Below, piece by piece: positions 25,488-39,045 of a stretch of DNA of 64,000 nt. Position 1 is the stretch's first letter. The number at the start of each line of letters is the position of its first letter. This DNA is from Botryllus schlosseri (lineage: Eukaryota). Made by a program: the position numbers and the translations under genes. The notes below the pieces were generated by a model that was given only the letters and a program-made list of their open reading frames with translations, was not told the origin of the DNA and searched no databases. The stretch lies in NCBI GenBank assembly GCA_051294905.1, contig CM119373.1, forward strand, positions 4,218,001 through 4,282,000, read 5' to 3'.

Positions 25488-26664
25488 CAGTGGTTCTAAA
25501 CCTTTCCGTCTGCGCGGACCTCCTTTGAACCACCACGGCCCCCTCGGACCCCTTTCAGTTTTAGTTCAAATGTAGCTCAATTTTAGTGCTATCGTCATCT
25601 GTATTTTGCAAATATTATTTTTAGGCTTGTGATTAAAAGCAACAAAATGACTTTTCTTGGAAATGATATCATACTATGTGTGTAGAAACTGTGAAGACTT
25701 TTAGTATTTCAAAGCGAATTCTGTAGGTGCATTTCTTGATATGCGCGATCGCGTCTTGAAAATCCGCGCCGTCGATTTGATATGAATTCACTATGCCGAA
25801 ATTTCCTTTCCACAAATATAGGTGTTGTCGAATGTGATAATAACGAGTTTGATCGCAACATATATGGCACCAAAATTGTGAAACACCTCTCTAATGAAAC
25901 CCCTCTCTAATGAGGGGGAAGCATCAGCGTCACGATAGCAATGGCGGTGGTTCGAATCCCGGTTCAGACCTACGTCTATGTGTCGGAGGTTTATCTAGGC
26001 TCCTCATCGCTTACCCCATTGCATATGCGGTGTTGTACGAAAAGTCCAGATGAATCAAGTAAAGTTGAGCTTACAGAATCGGCCGCAACATACTCTGACG
26101 ACGACGCGTGGGGGGCACAATGGAAGATGTGAATGAATTCATGACTAGAAGTCGTCCGGAAAGCGTATCGAAAGCAAAGACATACAAACACTACAATGTC
26201 CATGATCGGGCGCGATTGACCGTATCGACGATATGCGACAAAATAGTTCAATATAAACAGAATCAAACTTTCTAATGCATATATAACGTTCAGCCTAGTC
26301 ATTTCTATGTAGAAGCTTATCTTAAAGCTATTTTGGAATAGAGGTTATGTATATCACAGGAGAAAATAGATTTTTTTAAACAATTTGTTACCCAAACCTG
26401 TGCAAAACATCTCTGAACCGCCATATGTTCGTGTCAGTACGCTACTGGCAGTTTGCGATTTAAAAATGAGTTTGCAGGGTAGAATATTTCATCTCAGACC
26501 GCCATTCTGTGTGACTCACGAAATTTTAGCGATAATGGAGCAAAACTGTCTCGGATATTTCTTTAATTGAGCAAAATACACATCAGGTTATCGACCATTT
26601 TGCAAATTTAGAGGTTTTGCGGGCCCCTTGAAAATGCTTCACTGACGCCCGTTGGGAACCGCTG
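25488..26664. mobile_element. hAT-type element, related to 15400-16196, with an internal SINE fragment (~25925-26050)
   Basis: TIRs cagtggttctaaac / gttgggaaccgctg; TSD ttgtacta/ctgtaata; internal B-box ggttcgaatccc. Confidence 0.7.
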
Positions 26665-26731
26665 CTGTAATACTTGTATGATAATATTAATAATCTCACG
26701 CAACTCCTATATAACTTCACCGGTTTTGCGA

Positions 26732-26737
26732 TTTATT
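26732..26737 (-). promoter_or_regulatory. Candidate polyadenylation signal (AATAAA) of the FReD gene
   Basis: tttatt on the plus strand ~270 bp downstream of the stop codon at 27003. Confidence 0.35.
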
Positions 26738-27002
26738 TTGCCAGCGCTGATAACAGTATATTGATGTCAATATGATGTATGAAATGAGTCTAGCGGTAAA
26801 TCACAATCGGTCGGTAAATCTCAAGTAAAATCTTATCCAGCAATCTGCGGATTCAAATAACGACACAAAAGTGGCTTCTAAACCAAAAACACATCGGCAA
26901 AACAACATATTTCTCCCGGCGATATCTGCTAAGTATTTCACTCCAAATCAATGGTAGCACTGATTAAATCCTAGGTCGATAGGTCGGTTGCTGCCATGCG
27001 GT

Positions 27003-27291
27003 TCAACGTAGCGACATTTGTGTAAAGGTCATGTACCTAATCCTGTTATTAATGGTGTCGTACCAGCTCGGGGTTGCGTCTCTCTCGTTAAGATTACAAA
27101 TGTTGCATGCTGCGTTCCACCAGCCACCCCCTCTAGTATCGTAGCAACTGGTGGAAGGGAGATGTTTGCCTTGGGTAGAAAACCGTTGATCCGTGCCGTA
27201 GAAAGTGTTGGCAAAGCAATCGGTCAGGTTCCCTTTATAGCCGTTTGTCTGGATTTTATAGTTTTCCGCTGCTCCGGCGACCGAGAATGAG
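27003..27291 (-). CDS. FReD gene exon 5 (fibrinogen C-terminal domain, last exon)
   Basis: Acceptor tatttcag, phase 2 matches exon 4. Reads SFSVAGAAENYKIQTNGYKGNLTDCF...RFST...C...RGGGWWNAACNICNLN...W...TQMSLR*. Confidence 0.92.
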
Positions 27292-28143
27292 CTGAAATAT
27301 AGACTCTCCTTCTTCAATGTCGAGTATTGACTTTCTGTGTGACAGTTTTGTTACCACTACCACGCTTTGCTACAACGTCAAGTAGTAATAATATCATCAT
27401 CATTTTTTAATATTATTTATATTTAAATCAGAATAAACTGGTAAGTACATGCACAAATCGGGGGGAAACCTGCTCTTCAAGGATGACCAGTTGACGAAAT
27501 TGAACTACATCAATGGAATTTTGGATAATGATACTCCTGCCATCCTACGCTTTATATGAAAAGTTGGCAAGTGTTTGCGTTTTGGAGGTAAATGAGATTA
27601 TATAATTGAAATTGAAGTTAATAATGGCTTTGGTGGACTATTTCTATACATCAATTCAAGTGCAGTTTAATCCCGTGGTGCAGTGAAAGTATTCGTAGGA
27701 ATACGCACACTTAAACATTGATTGATGAGTAAAACGCCTTTGTTGAAGTTTTGCCCATTGGCTATGATTTGTAACAAGATACTTTGGATTAGCGGTTCTT
27801 GACCATGTTTCTTCGAGTACATGAATTCATCTATATTCAGATTGTTTTATTCATATTACGCCAAATCGTGGATATTATTGGTGAAAGGAACACTGTGACA
27901 AAAGAGACTGCATTTCCCTGACGCTGATTTCTCGATGATTCCATTGCATTGTGTGTCATATACGGCCGGGAAAATCGATTGCCTGAGTGATTAGGTTCTG
28001 AATCGCGGGCTCCGCGTCGAGTCGAGTATTTAAGTGTTACTCGTCATATCGCCATATCAGAAAATTTATATCTCATTGCTCACAAGGGGGCGACTGGGGG
28101 TGATAGGGGTGCGAAAATGTTGAAACTTCCAGTGATATATAAC

Positions 28144-30237
28144 AAGCGGTGGTTAAAGTAGTCGAGAAAGCTACAAAAGTAGAAGTAGAAGTAGCGACGA
28201 AAATTCCTGCTCAAGTACAAGTAGAAGTGCTTCTTTCGTGAGCAACCTAAAACTTCTTGAAGTAGAAGTAGAATTGACTAACTTTAAATCTACTGAAGTA
28301 AGTAACTAGTTTCAAAAACCATCGTAATTCGTTCGCATGGATTGCCAAAAGCTGCGAATTGAGCTATGCGAAAGGGGCAAAGCTTGATTCATATTGATGC
28401 ATACCAGGAGGTATCCGAATTCCGACAGCATAAGCATTCATCCGCATAATGGGATGAAAATGACAGCATTAATATGGAAATGCGATACTGATCCTCTGTT
28501 TAATCGAACAGTCCTTTTTAGAAAATATCATGGTATGGCGCGCGCCCCCATATTATAAGGCCCGTGGTTTAGTCGAAGATCAATATGGAGAAGTTGTATT
28601 GGATACGGTGTAAACACTTTGAGCGATTAGTAAACGTTAATTAAAAAAATAGTGAATCGTAAATATGTCATAATGTGTAGCTTTGTTTTCGGAAATTAAA
28701 GGCATTACTACACTTGCTTTTATCCTTCAACATGTATGTTTTCCAGGCAAAAGAACTGATACTAATTAGAACTCAAAGTATGGTACTAGGAATCGAAATA
28801 TAAATACTACTTTTAAAAGCGGAAAATGTATTTCACGTTTTTAGTCCAGAAAGTGTCAAAGGTGGTATGTGAAAACAGCCGTAAAACTGAAAAAAAAAGT
28901 CGGAGTCCACTTTTCTTGATTAGGACAAGACATGGACCGCTAGATTACGATATGATAAGTAAATGCTAGATTGTGAAACATCAGTTTCAAATGTCATGAT
29001 GAGTCATGCATACTGTGATGAAATATTTGAAATGGGCGACAATGCGGTGTGAACGGAACTACGCAAGCCGTTATCTAACTTATATTCTCCGATAATTTCG
29101 TGAAATCATATAAGTCACTCTATATCCACTGTGCGCCAGTGTTGGGATGACTCGAGTCATGACTTGACTCGAGTCAGACTCGAGTCACCTTTTTCGTATG
29201 ACTTGACTTGACTCGAGTCATTTTGCTAAAATGACTTGACTTGACTTGACTCGGCGTATCAGAAATGTGGATTGACTCGTGACTCGGGGCAAAATTCACG
29301 AGTCAATTTCAAGTCATCAAGTAATCGGTGTCAATAAAAATCACTGTACCTTACGTATGTACGGATTTTTCGCGCAACGTTGATGTAACCCGTGAGAGCG
29401 ACCAATCATTCAATGATCGTGCGTTTTACTGAGACTCTATTGTTCTCTCACAAATATTGACCGCAAACGAAGTTATCGAAGCTTACAGCCTATATGTTGT
29501 CATAAACTATAGTATAGTATATGTATAGTAACGTAATTTAATGACAAAATGTCTGTAAACTGTAAACTGAGGCTATGCAATAGCTTACGTAGTTTGGCAG
29601 TTCTAGGTATATGTGAGCGATACAGCGCCTTACTTGCGTCTATATTTAACTCTATATTCGTTCATCGGTTCAAAATCAATGACCACCCAATCTGTATTTC
29701 AGACAGCTAGCAAAATGCAATGACGTAATCATATTCCTCACATCTCCAAAAGGTAATTTCACTTGAATTGTGACTTGACTCGTGACTTGACTTGACTTGA
29801 CTCGACTTGACTCGAGTCACCTCCAAAAATCGAGTGACTTGACTTGACTGGAGTCAAATTTGAAAATCGATTGACTTGACTTGACTCAAGTCAAAATGTC
29901 CAATGACTCGAAATGACTCGTGACTCGAAGGTAGTGACTTGATCCCAACACTGCTGTGCGCGAAGCGCGACGTAAATTCTGGGATTTGCTCAACTTTGAT
30001 GGAAATTGAATGTTGATACTCCTCGAAATTCCTCAGGCACTCTTCCTGATTGGAGGATTAAACTACTTCTACTTAAAAAAACTGAAAATAGCGAAAAGTA
30101 AGTAAGTAGATCAAAAATATTACGAAGTAGAAGTAGAAGTAGCCGGAAATTAGATCTACTTGAGTAAGTACCCAAGCAGCGGAAAACTACTCGAGTACTT
30201 CAAAAAAATAGAAGTACTTCGTTACTGACCACCTCTG
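28144..30237. mobile_element. hAT-type element (cagaggtggtca TIR, agtaga subterminal repeats) in FReD intron 4
   Basis: Perfect TSD tatataac; homologous to 30825-32029 in opposite orientation. Confidence 0.88.
29137..29953. mobile_element. Nested hAT-type element with gactt/gactc subterminal repeats
   Basis: TIRs cagtgttgggat / atcccaacactg; perfect TSD ctgtgcgc. The sister host copy has the single empty site (gcgcacag, ~31044). Confidence 0.92.
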
Positions 30238-30824
30238 TATATAACATAGTCAAAATGTACGTGAAGACAGCTTATTCTGCATATGACGCGATAAAAGTGA
30301 ACTCAACGGAAAGTCGCCGCGGAAACCGGTTTACCGAGCACCTACCACTTCAGAAAAATGCCTTTTATTTAGCAAATTAATCAGTGATCAGTTGGGCGAT
30401 ATTTTCAACCTAAAAACGGAAAAATGTTGATATTTTTTTCCTGAAAAAACTTAATTTGCCAAAATTTTGCCCTCGTGTATGTAAATTAGACGTTTTCGCA
30501 CGCAGTGTCAGAAATGTACTACTTATCTTCATTTGTGGTTGTAACTGTCTGTCCTTACGAAGTAGTTTGGCCTGAAAAAAACTTTTTGGATTGCAACACA
30601 GACAAATTTATACATGAAAATACTTTATCACAACGGAATCTGAACCTATGAAGAATTCCAGTAGTTACATCACGCATTTTGGTTGAAATAATTAATGTTT
30701 GTTGTAGTACAACAACGAAAGATACTTCGCTACATTCTCGGGTAGAAAGTGTAAGTCCTTACTAAGTAGCTTGCCAAGATTTGAGAAAGAACGTTCAGCA
30801 GCAGCAGTTGCTGGCTGGCAACAC

Positions 30825-32029
30825 CAGAAGTGGTCAGTAACGAAGTACTTAGACTTTTCTGAAGTACTCAAGTAATTTTATGATCTACTTACTTCCTTTT
30901 TGCTATTTTCAGTTTGTCAAGTAGAAGTAGCTTAATCCTTCAATCAGAAAGATAGCCTCAGGTATTTCAGGGCTGTTTTCACGGAGTATAAATAATAAAT
31001 TTTTATAAAATTTGATTGAAGACCAGAAATTTCGTCGCGCTTCGCGCACAGCGGACCAATACGATTTCACGAACGAATTGGTGCATACAATTTAGGTAGC
31101 GGGTTGCGTAGTTCTGTTCACACCGCATTGTAGCCCATATGAAATATTTCATCGCAGTAAATATGACTCATCATAGCGTCTGAAACTATCGTTTCGCGAT
31201 CTAGCATTTATCTATCATATCGTTATCTATAGCAGCCCATGGCGTGTCCTAATCTGGAAAAGTGAACTCTGACTTTTTTTAGCTTTGGACCTGCTTTAGC
31301 AGATCCCTGTTAAAACTTTCTGGACAAAAGACCTGATATGTAATTTCCGCTTTTAAAAGCAGTATTTATATTTCCAAGTATATTACTTTGAGTTCTAATT
31401 AGTTTCGGTTATTTTGTCAGGAGAACATACATGTTGAAGAATAAAACCAAGTGCAGTAATTCCTCTATTTTCCGAAAATAAAACTACACTCTGTGGCATT
31501 TTTGCGATCAGCCATATTTTTTACTAACGTTTACTAATCGCACGAATTATTACCACCGTATACGACACAACTTTTCCGTATTGGTCTTCGACCAATACTA
31601 CGGGCCTAATCAAATGGGGGGGGGGGGGGTGCCGTACCATGATATTTTTTAAAACGGGGTTTTCGAGTAAACGGAGGATTAGCATCTCATTGCGATATCA
31701 ATGCTACCATTTTCATTCCGTGATGCGGACGAATGCTTATGCTGTCGAAAATTTATACCTCCTGTGATGCATCAATATGAATTAAGCTCTGCACTGTACC
31801 TATCGCATAGCTCAATTTCTAGATTTTGAAATTCCATTTTAACGAATTAGGATCTTTTTCACAACGACTTATTTACTTGAGTAGATTTAAAGTTAGTCAA
31901 TTCTACTTCTACCTCAAATAGTTTTAAGCAACTTTTAAATAAATACTTTTACTCGTACTTGAGTAGATTTTTTCGTCGCTACTTCTACTTCTACTTGAGT
32001 AGCTTTCGTGAATACTTTGACCACCTCTG
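30825..32029. mobile_element. Second, inverted copy of the 28144-30237 family, lacking the nested insertion
   Basis: TIRs cagaagtggtca / tgaccacctctg; TSD ggcaacac/gtcaacac. Confidence 0.88.
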
Positions 32030-32593
32030 GTCAACACTGAAGTTGTGCGTACACTGCTGGTGACACACCGTGTTGCTTCATTCTGACAGTGTTATCTACA
32101 TCATAATGTTTTCATCATGCGCCTCCTATGCCCACGTCATGCGTCAGTTAGGATATTGCGGTACGTTGAGCATAACACCAAGCCAAACTATTTGTTTCAT
32201 CTGATTCACATTAAGCAGGAAATAGACCGTCTACAACTGTAGGCCTATAAAGTAGGCTACTAGCTGTAAAACGTCAAATGATAAATTCACCGACAGTGCA
32301 AACATCTACGATACAAAAGAAATGCAGGTAGAGAGAAGATTATACTTTGTAAACAATTGTGACAATTTTTGAACCTAACGCAACAATTTTGTTAAAATTT
32401 CAACTTTTCTGACAGGTGAAAAAATCGCTCTACTCATGATAATATGCGCTATATCGGCTGCATTCCTCATGGGTGTTTTGCAAAATTTATAATGTTAATT
32501 CTCTGTTACTCGACAGCTGGGTTATCGTTAGACATAAATGTGTGGCGTTACCTCGTCAACAATACCTCCTATGCAATAGCTTCAGATTTTTAC

Positions 32594-32693
32594 CTGTAAG
32601 TCATGACATAATATCCTCCGTTTAATATTTCTTGTACTTCAATTTTCATTTCGTGGGTTCCGATTGATGTTAACAGGTGGATCTTTTCGAGAC
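32594..32693 (-). CDS. FReD gene exon 4 (GLEKIHLLTSIGTHEMKIEVQEILNGGYYVMTYS)
   Basis: cag...gtaaaa boundaries, 100 bp, phase 1 to phase 2; canonical FReD GLE.IH.LT motif. Confidence 0.92.
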
Positions 32694-32859
32694 CTGGCCG
32701 AATGTACGATAACGTGAGTGAGTATTACTTACCAAACGGCATTCGTGCTACGATATATTATGAATTGGGCGTAGGCTACCACGTGATGTCGGATCAACTA
32801 GCGTTGGAAGTATGGTTATTACTACGGCGATTTTTTTTTCACCAAAAAAAAACGTAAGA

Positions 32860-33190
32860 TTTTGACCTAAAAAATATAATTTTTGACATTTTTTATCTTA
32901 AAAAACTAAATTTCGACCAAATTTTGATCTAACGTATATGCAAATTAGGTGTTTCCTCAAAAAATGTTAGAATTGTACTACTTATCCTAATTTCTGGTTT
33001 GTCCTTACGAATTAGTTTTTTCTGAAAAAACTTTTTTGACTCAAAAACTGACAAATTTTTACATGACAAAATATTATTTTAACAAAATATGGCCCTATGA
33101 TGAATTCCAGTACATGACGTACTATGGTGAAAATAATTAAAATTTGTTGTAGTACAACGAAAGATTCATTCCTACATTGTCGGCAGGGAT
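32860..33190 (+). repeat. Dispersed repeat, also at ~30400-30745 and partially at ~15100-15255
   Basis: Shared blocks such as aaattaggtgtttcc...aatgttagaattgtactacttatc and gttgtagtacaacgaaagat. Confidence 0.7.
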
Positions 33191-33204
33191 ATCTAGATAT
33201 CTAC

Positions 33205-34207
33205 TTCAGCAGACTCCAAGAAGTGTGCCAGAACGATCGGCAGCGAGAAAACCTTGGCCGAAAAGGTCTATGCCCTTATGCAGATCAAAGACTTCGCTAT
33301 ATATACAAAATACATATAGGTTTAATTGTCCATAGGCGCCTAAATGACTGGCGCCGAATGTTCCTGTTTTTGCAATCTGAACCTCACAAGACAAATACCA
33401 TCCCGCTGGGAAAAATTTTATGCCAGTGAAGAAATACCAATTTGAAATCGTGTACGTCTCATAGTTTAGAAGCCTACGTTTGGGCGATTCTATATTTTTT
33501 GATATAGCAGACTGGAAGTTACGAAATAACATCATGTAACGAAGTCATATCAACGGGTCCGCCCGCCCGAAGATGTTTAATAATTATTTACGGGCCCTCC
33601 CGTTTTCAAGACACTTCACTCAGCTCTACCGGTAAATCTAATTACGTGAGTAGAGAGGACAATAAATTGATAGCATATGCAATCGCCGATCTGATTGACC
33701 GATTTTATCATGAATTATCGAAAATTTTCGCCCTTCGCGCTGGCTCACAATACAGTACGGATGATTTCGTGACAAACGCGAACAACGTGATGGAGATGTC
33801 GTTTCATCACCCTATGGGAGCCCAAGACCCACGTTTTAGGGGGGCCTGACGAGGTGCTGTTTTGTTCCTACCAACGAGTATACGCCCGAAGATGTTTAAT
33901 TATTATTGAGTTTTCCTACCTTTTGAAACACACCTCACTCAGCTCTACTGACAAATCTGATTACGTGAGCAGAGAGAAGATAAAAATTGATGACAATATA
34001 TATGCAATTACCGATTCAGTCATGAATTCTAGAAATTTCCCGCTTAGGTGACAAAAGCTGATTCACTACACAAACTCCCAACGCATAACATAAATAGCGG
34101 TAATCAGGGCATAGCCGGAGCGGGGGGTTCGGTCTATAACCCTATGGGGGGGCCCACGACCAAGGTTTTTTTGAGGGGGAGGCTGGCGAAGTGCTGTTAC
34201 GGCCCTG
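33205..34207 (-). mobile_element. Truncated inverted copy of the 51781-53046 hAT-type family
   Basis: Ends gttacggccctg; near-identical shadow ORFs 33124-33429 and 52599-52862. Confidence 0.85.
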
Positions 34208-35475
34208 TTCGCAAGATATTATGAACTGATGTTTCGCTTGAGTTGTATTCGAGCGAACAGACGTTCAGACTTGAACGTGTTCAATGTTGGTGCATACGGC
34301 CCTAAATGTGACAAAAAATGCTCTTTTGATCAGGAATACTTCTGCGTAGTACCATGGAAGTGAGATCGTAGCATTTTACATCCGCACAAGACAGAAAGCA
34401 CAATGAATAGATATGAGGATGTCGAAACAAGCATTCGTAGTCTTTCAATATCACATCCCGCTGGTATAGTGGTAGTCACAGAAGAGCGCAATAGTTAAGC
34501 GTCCGGCTTCCTGATTGGTAGGGTACCATCTCCGGTCCAGTCAGAAAAAAATAGCATTAACTACGGGAAATCAGTTTATAATTAGGTATAGAATTAACCC
34601 CACTTCGCTTCTACGGGTTGGTGGTAGCCAAATTTGTTATGTATCATTTTTCTGGCATCCTCACAATTTCATGGTGTAGTTAGTAAAATTTAAAAAGAAA
34701 TAATATTGTTTCGCAATAAATCAATATTTTTACTGTTATTACACCGGTTTTACATGCTTGAATTGAGATAAATTTGATGTAAAGTGGTCTTGTAGGCAAC
34801 GTAGCAACTTTATCAACTAGCCAGTAAAATTTGAAAAATGGTATTTGTGAACAATCGTAATGAACAGCAAAGTAAGAGTAAGACCAAAGGCTCAGATGAA
34901 CGCGCGATTATTTGAAAATTTTTCAGCACCCCAGACTCGTACCGCGATTCTCCATTGCGTTTAGCAGTTTCATTATCTAACTTTGAAAATTCCCGATGCT
35001 AACCGTAGTAGTAAATCTTAGCCCGGAAAATTATACTAGCGTACCTAGGTTACAGTAGCAGTGACATAGTGGTTGTACCTTGACATACTTAACAGCAATT
35101 TCACTTGTTAACGTGATTCATATCTATTTTAACTCCGCTGTCTGCTTGACTAAATCCGAACTGTAAATCGTATTTATCGTGACCTCTGAAGTAGACGTAT
35201 TCTAAAAAACGATAGCCATTCTGGTAAGTATTGCAAGCAGGTAAACCGTATCGTAATGCATGGGTACTTGAACACTGACCACCTTTGAGCTGGAGTTCAA
35301 TTAAAAATGTCGAGAAATTGATAGCAGATACGGAAATAAACAACCGCTGATTGCGAAAGATTATAAAAATTAAACCTAAAGATATTTTGTTTTATAAGGT
35401 CGGTTTGAGATCAGCCAACAGCTCGCACATAGCCACACCATATCGCGCTTATAGTACCGAGCTAATAGCGATTAC

Positions 35476-35572
35476 CCAGCCAAAACTCATCTTCGGGATC
35501 CCCGAATCCGCCGACGTAAGCGTTCCAAGTCCGATGAAAGTCCTCACCCCCTCCATTTCGCCTTTGAAACAC
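35476..35572 (-). CDS. FReD gene exon 3 ([33 protein letters not shown])
   Basis: Acceptor accttcag, donor gtaatc, 97 bp, phase 0 to phase 1; hallmark VFQRR..G..DF.R.W..Y..GFG....EFWLG motif. Confidence 0.95.
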
Positions 35573-36895
35573 CTGAAGGTGCGAAGGGTGAGACAGTAAC
35601 CGCAGTAAATGGTTTTGAAAATGTGGAAAGGAACATGTCCTAAACAGCTACGAATGGTATAATGAGCGAGCAGTTAAATTTGGTGAATTATCACTGTAAG
35701 CGAACAGATTTACACCGTGCCGTAGGGTGTATTTTGAGTCAAAGCACCATTTTGGTACTAAATTAGCTAATAACATGCCAGCTGGATTGTAGGCAATACA
35801 CATTTACATACGATGACGTACGAGCGGTGGCGTGGCCACGTTAGAGTGCGAATTTTTTCCGTGAATTTTCGTAAATCAACACAAAGTAGAGTATTTTGGG
35901 CTAGATCAGGACAACTTGAAATTTTTCTTCGCGCTTGGCACAATATAGCGTTCCTGAATTTCATAATCGTTTGAAAAAATTGCATAATTTCCAGAATAGA
36001 GTTCAACTGTATTGGCAATTACTAGAGAACTGTACATCCATAGTTTCCTTGACACAGGTTGGAATGCATACTAGGGATCGTGTGAATGTGAGGTTCACGT
36101 TCGCGTTCTGTGTGTGAACCTCGGAAATTTAGAGGTTCCCGTTCACAAACGAACCTTGGTAAGTTCTGCACTGTAAACCTTTTTCATATATTACAATTTT
36201 CACTTCATTAAAACATCTTTGGTTCAAATATATTGCATTTCAACGGCGCGCCACTCTATGTATGGCACTGGCAGCATTAAAAAAACACTAATCGAGCATG
36301 TACCTTGACAATCTCAAAAAATATACTTGCTTTGTTACAAAAGTTTGCTCGAAATATCCAGCCTTCCGTTTGTGAATATTTAGCGACTCTCTGCTGTGAG
36401 CCTGACCCGCAATCATAGTCATACAACATCAAGAGCGAAAAAACCTACATGTAGGTAGTCAGCGAATGATGCTTATTCAGCCAACCAATGAAATTGATAT
36501 CGTTGTCTGATGTAAAAAATCTAGTATGCGTACGGGGTCAATCTTGATTTCTTATGTTCATTGTATCATAAAAACCAAATCCATACGATTGGGGTGTTGG
36601 CTACTGCTTTATAACTTGTTAAAGGTATAATATCCGTCGCAAGTACAGAAACCCGTTTTATACTTTTCTTAATATCAACGTAGCAATACTCAGACACCGA
36701 ACACATTGTCCGGTCTGTCATTGACCGTTAAGGCGTAAGCCTATATTTCCTTGCGAATTCTCGTCGAAATTGTTGGCAAAGCGACGGAAGATAATGATTT
36801 CATCGGATTAATATATCATTTGATTGTCCCAGTTGACACATTTTGGCGACGTTTGGCATTATGTAGTCTGAGTCGTCTCTAGGTATCGTGTACAT

Positions 36896-37930
36896 CAGGG
36901 GTGGGCAACTTCTCCAGTGGGTGGGCCAGATATAGGAAAATGAAGTATTTGGCGGGCCGGATTCCTAAATCGATACAATAATCGTGTATTTATCCACCTA
37001 TGCAAGTTTTACGAATGCCTATACAACAGTGGTTCTCAAAATTTTTAGGACACGCCCCCCTTTATGATAGTGAAAAATTTTGCGCCCCCGTAATCGTCAT
37101 ATCACAAAATGCAACCAGAATGCTAGTAATCTCAACGGATAGTTTGATGGCATGGAAGGTTATGACTAGAGCCATTTTTATATGACTTTAAACAATCAAT
37201 AATATGACTTTATTTTTTGGAATATATGACTTTATATGACTTTAGGGGAAAATCATGTATTTTTACATGCAAAAAACGTCACGACTTACTGATGCATAGA
37301 AATAAATATGAATGAATTAAATGACTTTAAATGGCCCTAGTTATGAGTGTTGATGAGAGAATATGAAATATGAAATCCGGAATATACACAGAACGATAAC
37401 TGTGAATTGGCGATATATGGCGCCAAGCATGAAAAGTTTTCTCAGTTGATCGCAGCTTCACGCCTCCCTCAGATGATTTTACGCCTCTCAGGTTGAGAAC
37501 CGCAGCTATACAATATTGTATACACCTGTAAAATCGTATATAATGAGAATTTTAAGTTGACAGCATATAGAGGCTAAAAACATTTTTTAATGAATTTATT
37601 AACGTAATATACTTCAATAGCTGTTGAAGTCAAAGAGATCAATGGTAGAGGTAGATCAAATTTGTCGACAAGATCTTTGAACTCTGGTTTCATGTCGGAC
37701 GTAGAAATCCTCAGTAAAGATTGCAAGTGAGCATTAGTTAAATTAAAACACAGCTTTGTCTTTTGGTTTTCATGGTCGAAAATGTTTGCTCGCAAATGTA
37801 TGTGGACCCGAACAGAACAAGAGGTTTCATGGCCACTTTTTTCGGCTGTCAGCCTCATTATCGTGTAAGACCGGAAACTCTCTGCGGGCCGCTTAAAATC
37901 CCTTCGCAGGCCGTATGTTGCCCGCCCCTG
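36896..37930 (-). mobile_element. hAT-Charlie/Spin-like deletion derivative with transposase C-terminal remnant; contains 37027-37505, which contains 37167-37339
   Basis: TIR caggggtgggcaac / gttgcccgcccctg; TSD gtgtacat/gtatacat. Minus strand ~37810-37660 reads FGSTYICEQTFSTMK / LTNAHLQSLLRISTSDMKPEFKDLV. Inner TSDs ctatacaa (perfect) and gttatgac/gttatgag. Confidence 0.9.
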
Positions 37931-37948
37931 GTATACATTGATATAGGC

Positions 37949-39045
37949 CAGGGGTGGGCAAACTTTTGAGCTCGCGGGCCGCATTCAGTATCTGAATTCA
38001 CTCGCGGGCCGCACTATATAAAATGTGGATTATAAACCAAAACGTGATATGGATATTGGATTATATAGTGAGAACATGGAGACAATATGTATGCTTATTT
38101 AAAACTAGCCAAATATTGCTTCGATGATATCATACATGCGTTAGAGACATATAGTGGCGAGATTTCATAGGCTGGCGGACCTCAATAATCAATTTGTCAA
38201 AACCATAGAGTTGAAAGTCGGTTGGCCCGATTCTTAGGACACGATTGAAATATAAATCTGTGAGCAGCGATCTGCTCATAGATTTACGATTTCCACTTTT
38301 GGCTCAGTTCCAGGACACACAATGCTGACAGCATCATAACACCATGTTAGCTTCAAACACGCTTCTACTATGTGTAGATAAAATATAAATACCCCCATTC
38401 TACGCATACAGACAATGAATCTACCTAAGACACGCGCGAATCGTTTTTTATAAGCATATCACTGAAATAATTGAAAATAAAGTGGCCAATCTGAAATCCA
38501 ACTGGTGATCCAAATTATGTCAATCTCGTTGCAGCTATCCCGCTGTGATATTAAGTATTTACCTTGGATCAGTGGTTCTCAAACTTTTCAAGACACACCC
38601 CGCCCCCTTATCATGGTCAAAGATTTCGCGCCCCCCCTTATCGTTATATCACAAAACGCAAACAGGATGCTAGCAAACCTAACGGACTGTGGATGAGAGA
38701 TTTTAAAATATGTAATTCAGACTAAATACATAGTATTAACAATGAATTGTCCGAAAATCGCGCCATGCGCGAAAAATTTTTTCAGTTAACCTCAGCTTCC
38801 CGCCCCTCTTCAGATGCTTTCACGCCCCGAAGAAGGGCGCGCCCACCAGTTTGAAAACCACTGTCTTAGAATTATCATGGTGAAATATACTAAGAAAAAG
38901 TTAATCATAAGTCCATGCACTAATTCGAATTTTAGTACGCATTTTATCAAATTTTTTAAAAAAAGTTTCTTTAGACTCTCGCGGGCCGCACAGAACGGCG
39001 TGACGGGCCGCATGCGGCCCGCGGGCCGTAGTTTGCCCACCCCTG
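37949..39045. mobile_element. Composite hAT-type MITE with nested MITE 38570-38863
   Basis: TIR caggggtgggcaaact / agtttgcccacccctg; perfect TSD atataggc; colinear with 62032-63178. Confidence 0.92.

Noticed and set aside
25925..25975. tRNA gene (ggttcgaatccc)
   Set aside because: No complete cloverleaf is evident and it continues into SINE body sequence; the same applies at ~25120 and ~54450.
25991..26302. ORF/exon MDIVVFVCLCF... with a gtaag donor as the pentraxin first exon
   Set aside because: It lies inside the TIR/TSD-bounded element 25488-26664 and its phase does not match the next candidate exon.
33124..33535. ORFs conserved between 33 kb and 52.6 kb
   Set aside because: The similarity reflects two copies of the same non-autonomous transposon; indels are present and there are no protein motifs.
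35101..35343. 80-aa ORF in FReD intron 3 as an alternative exon
   Set aside because: The acceptor phase is incompatible with exon 3 in that frame and there is no convincing motif.
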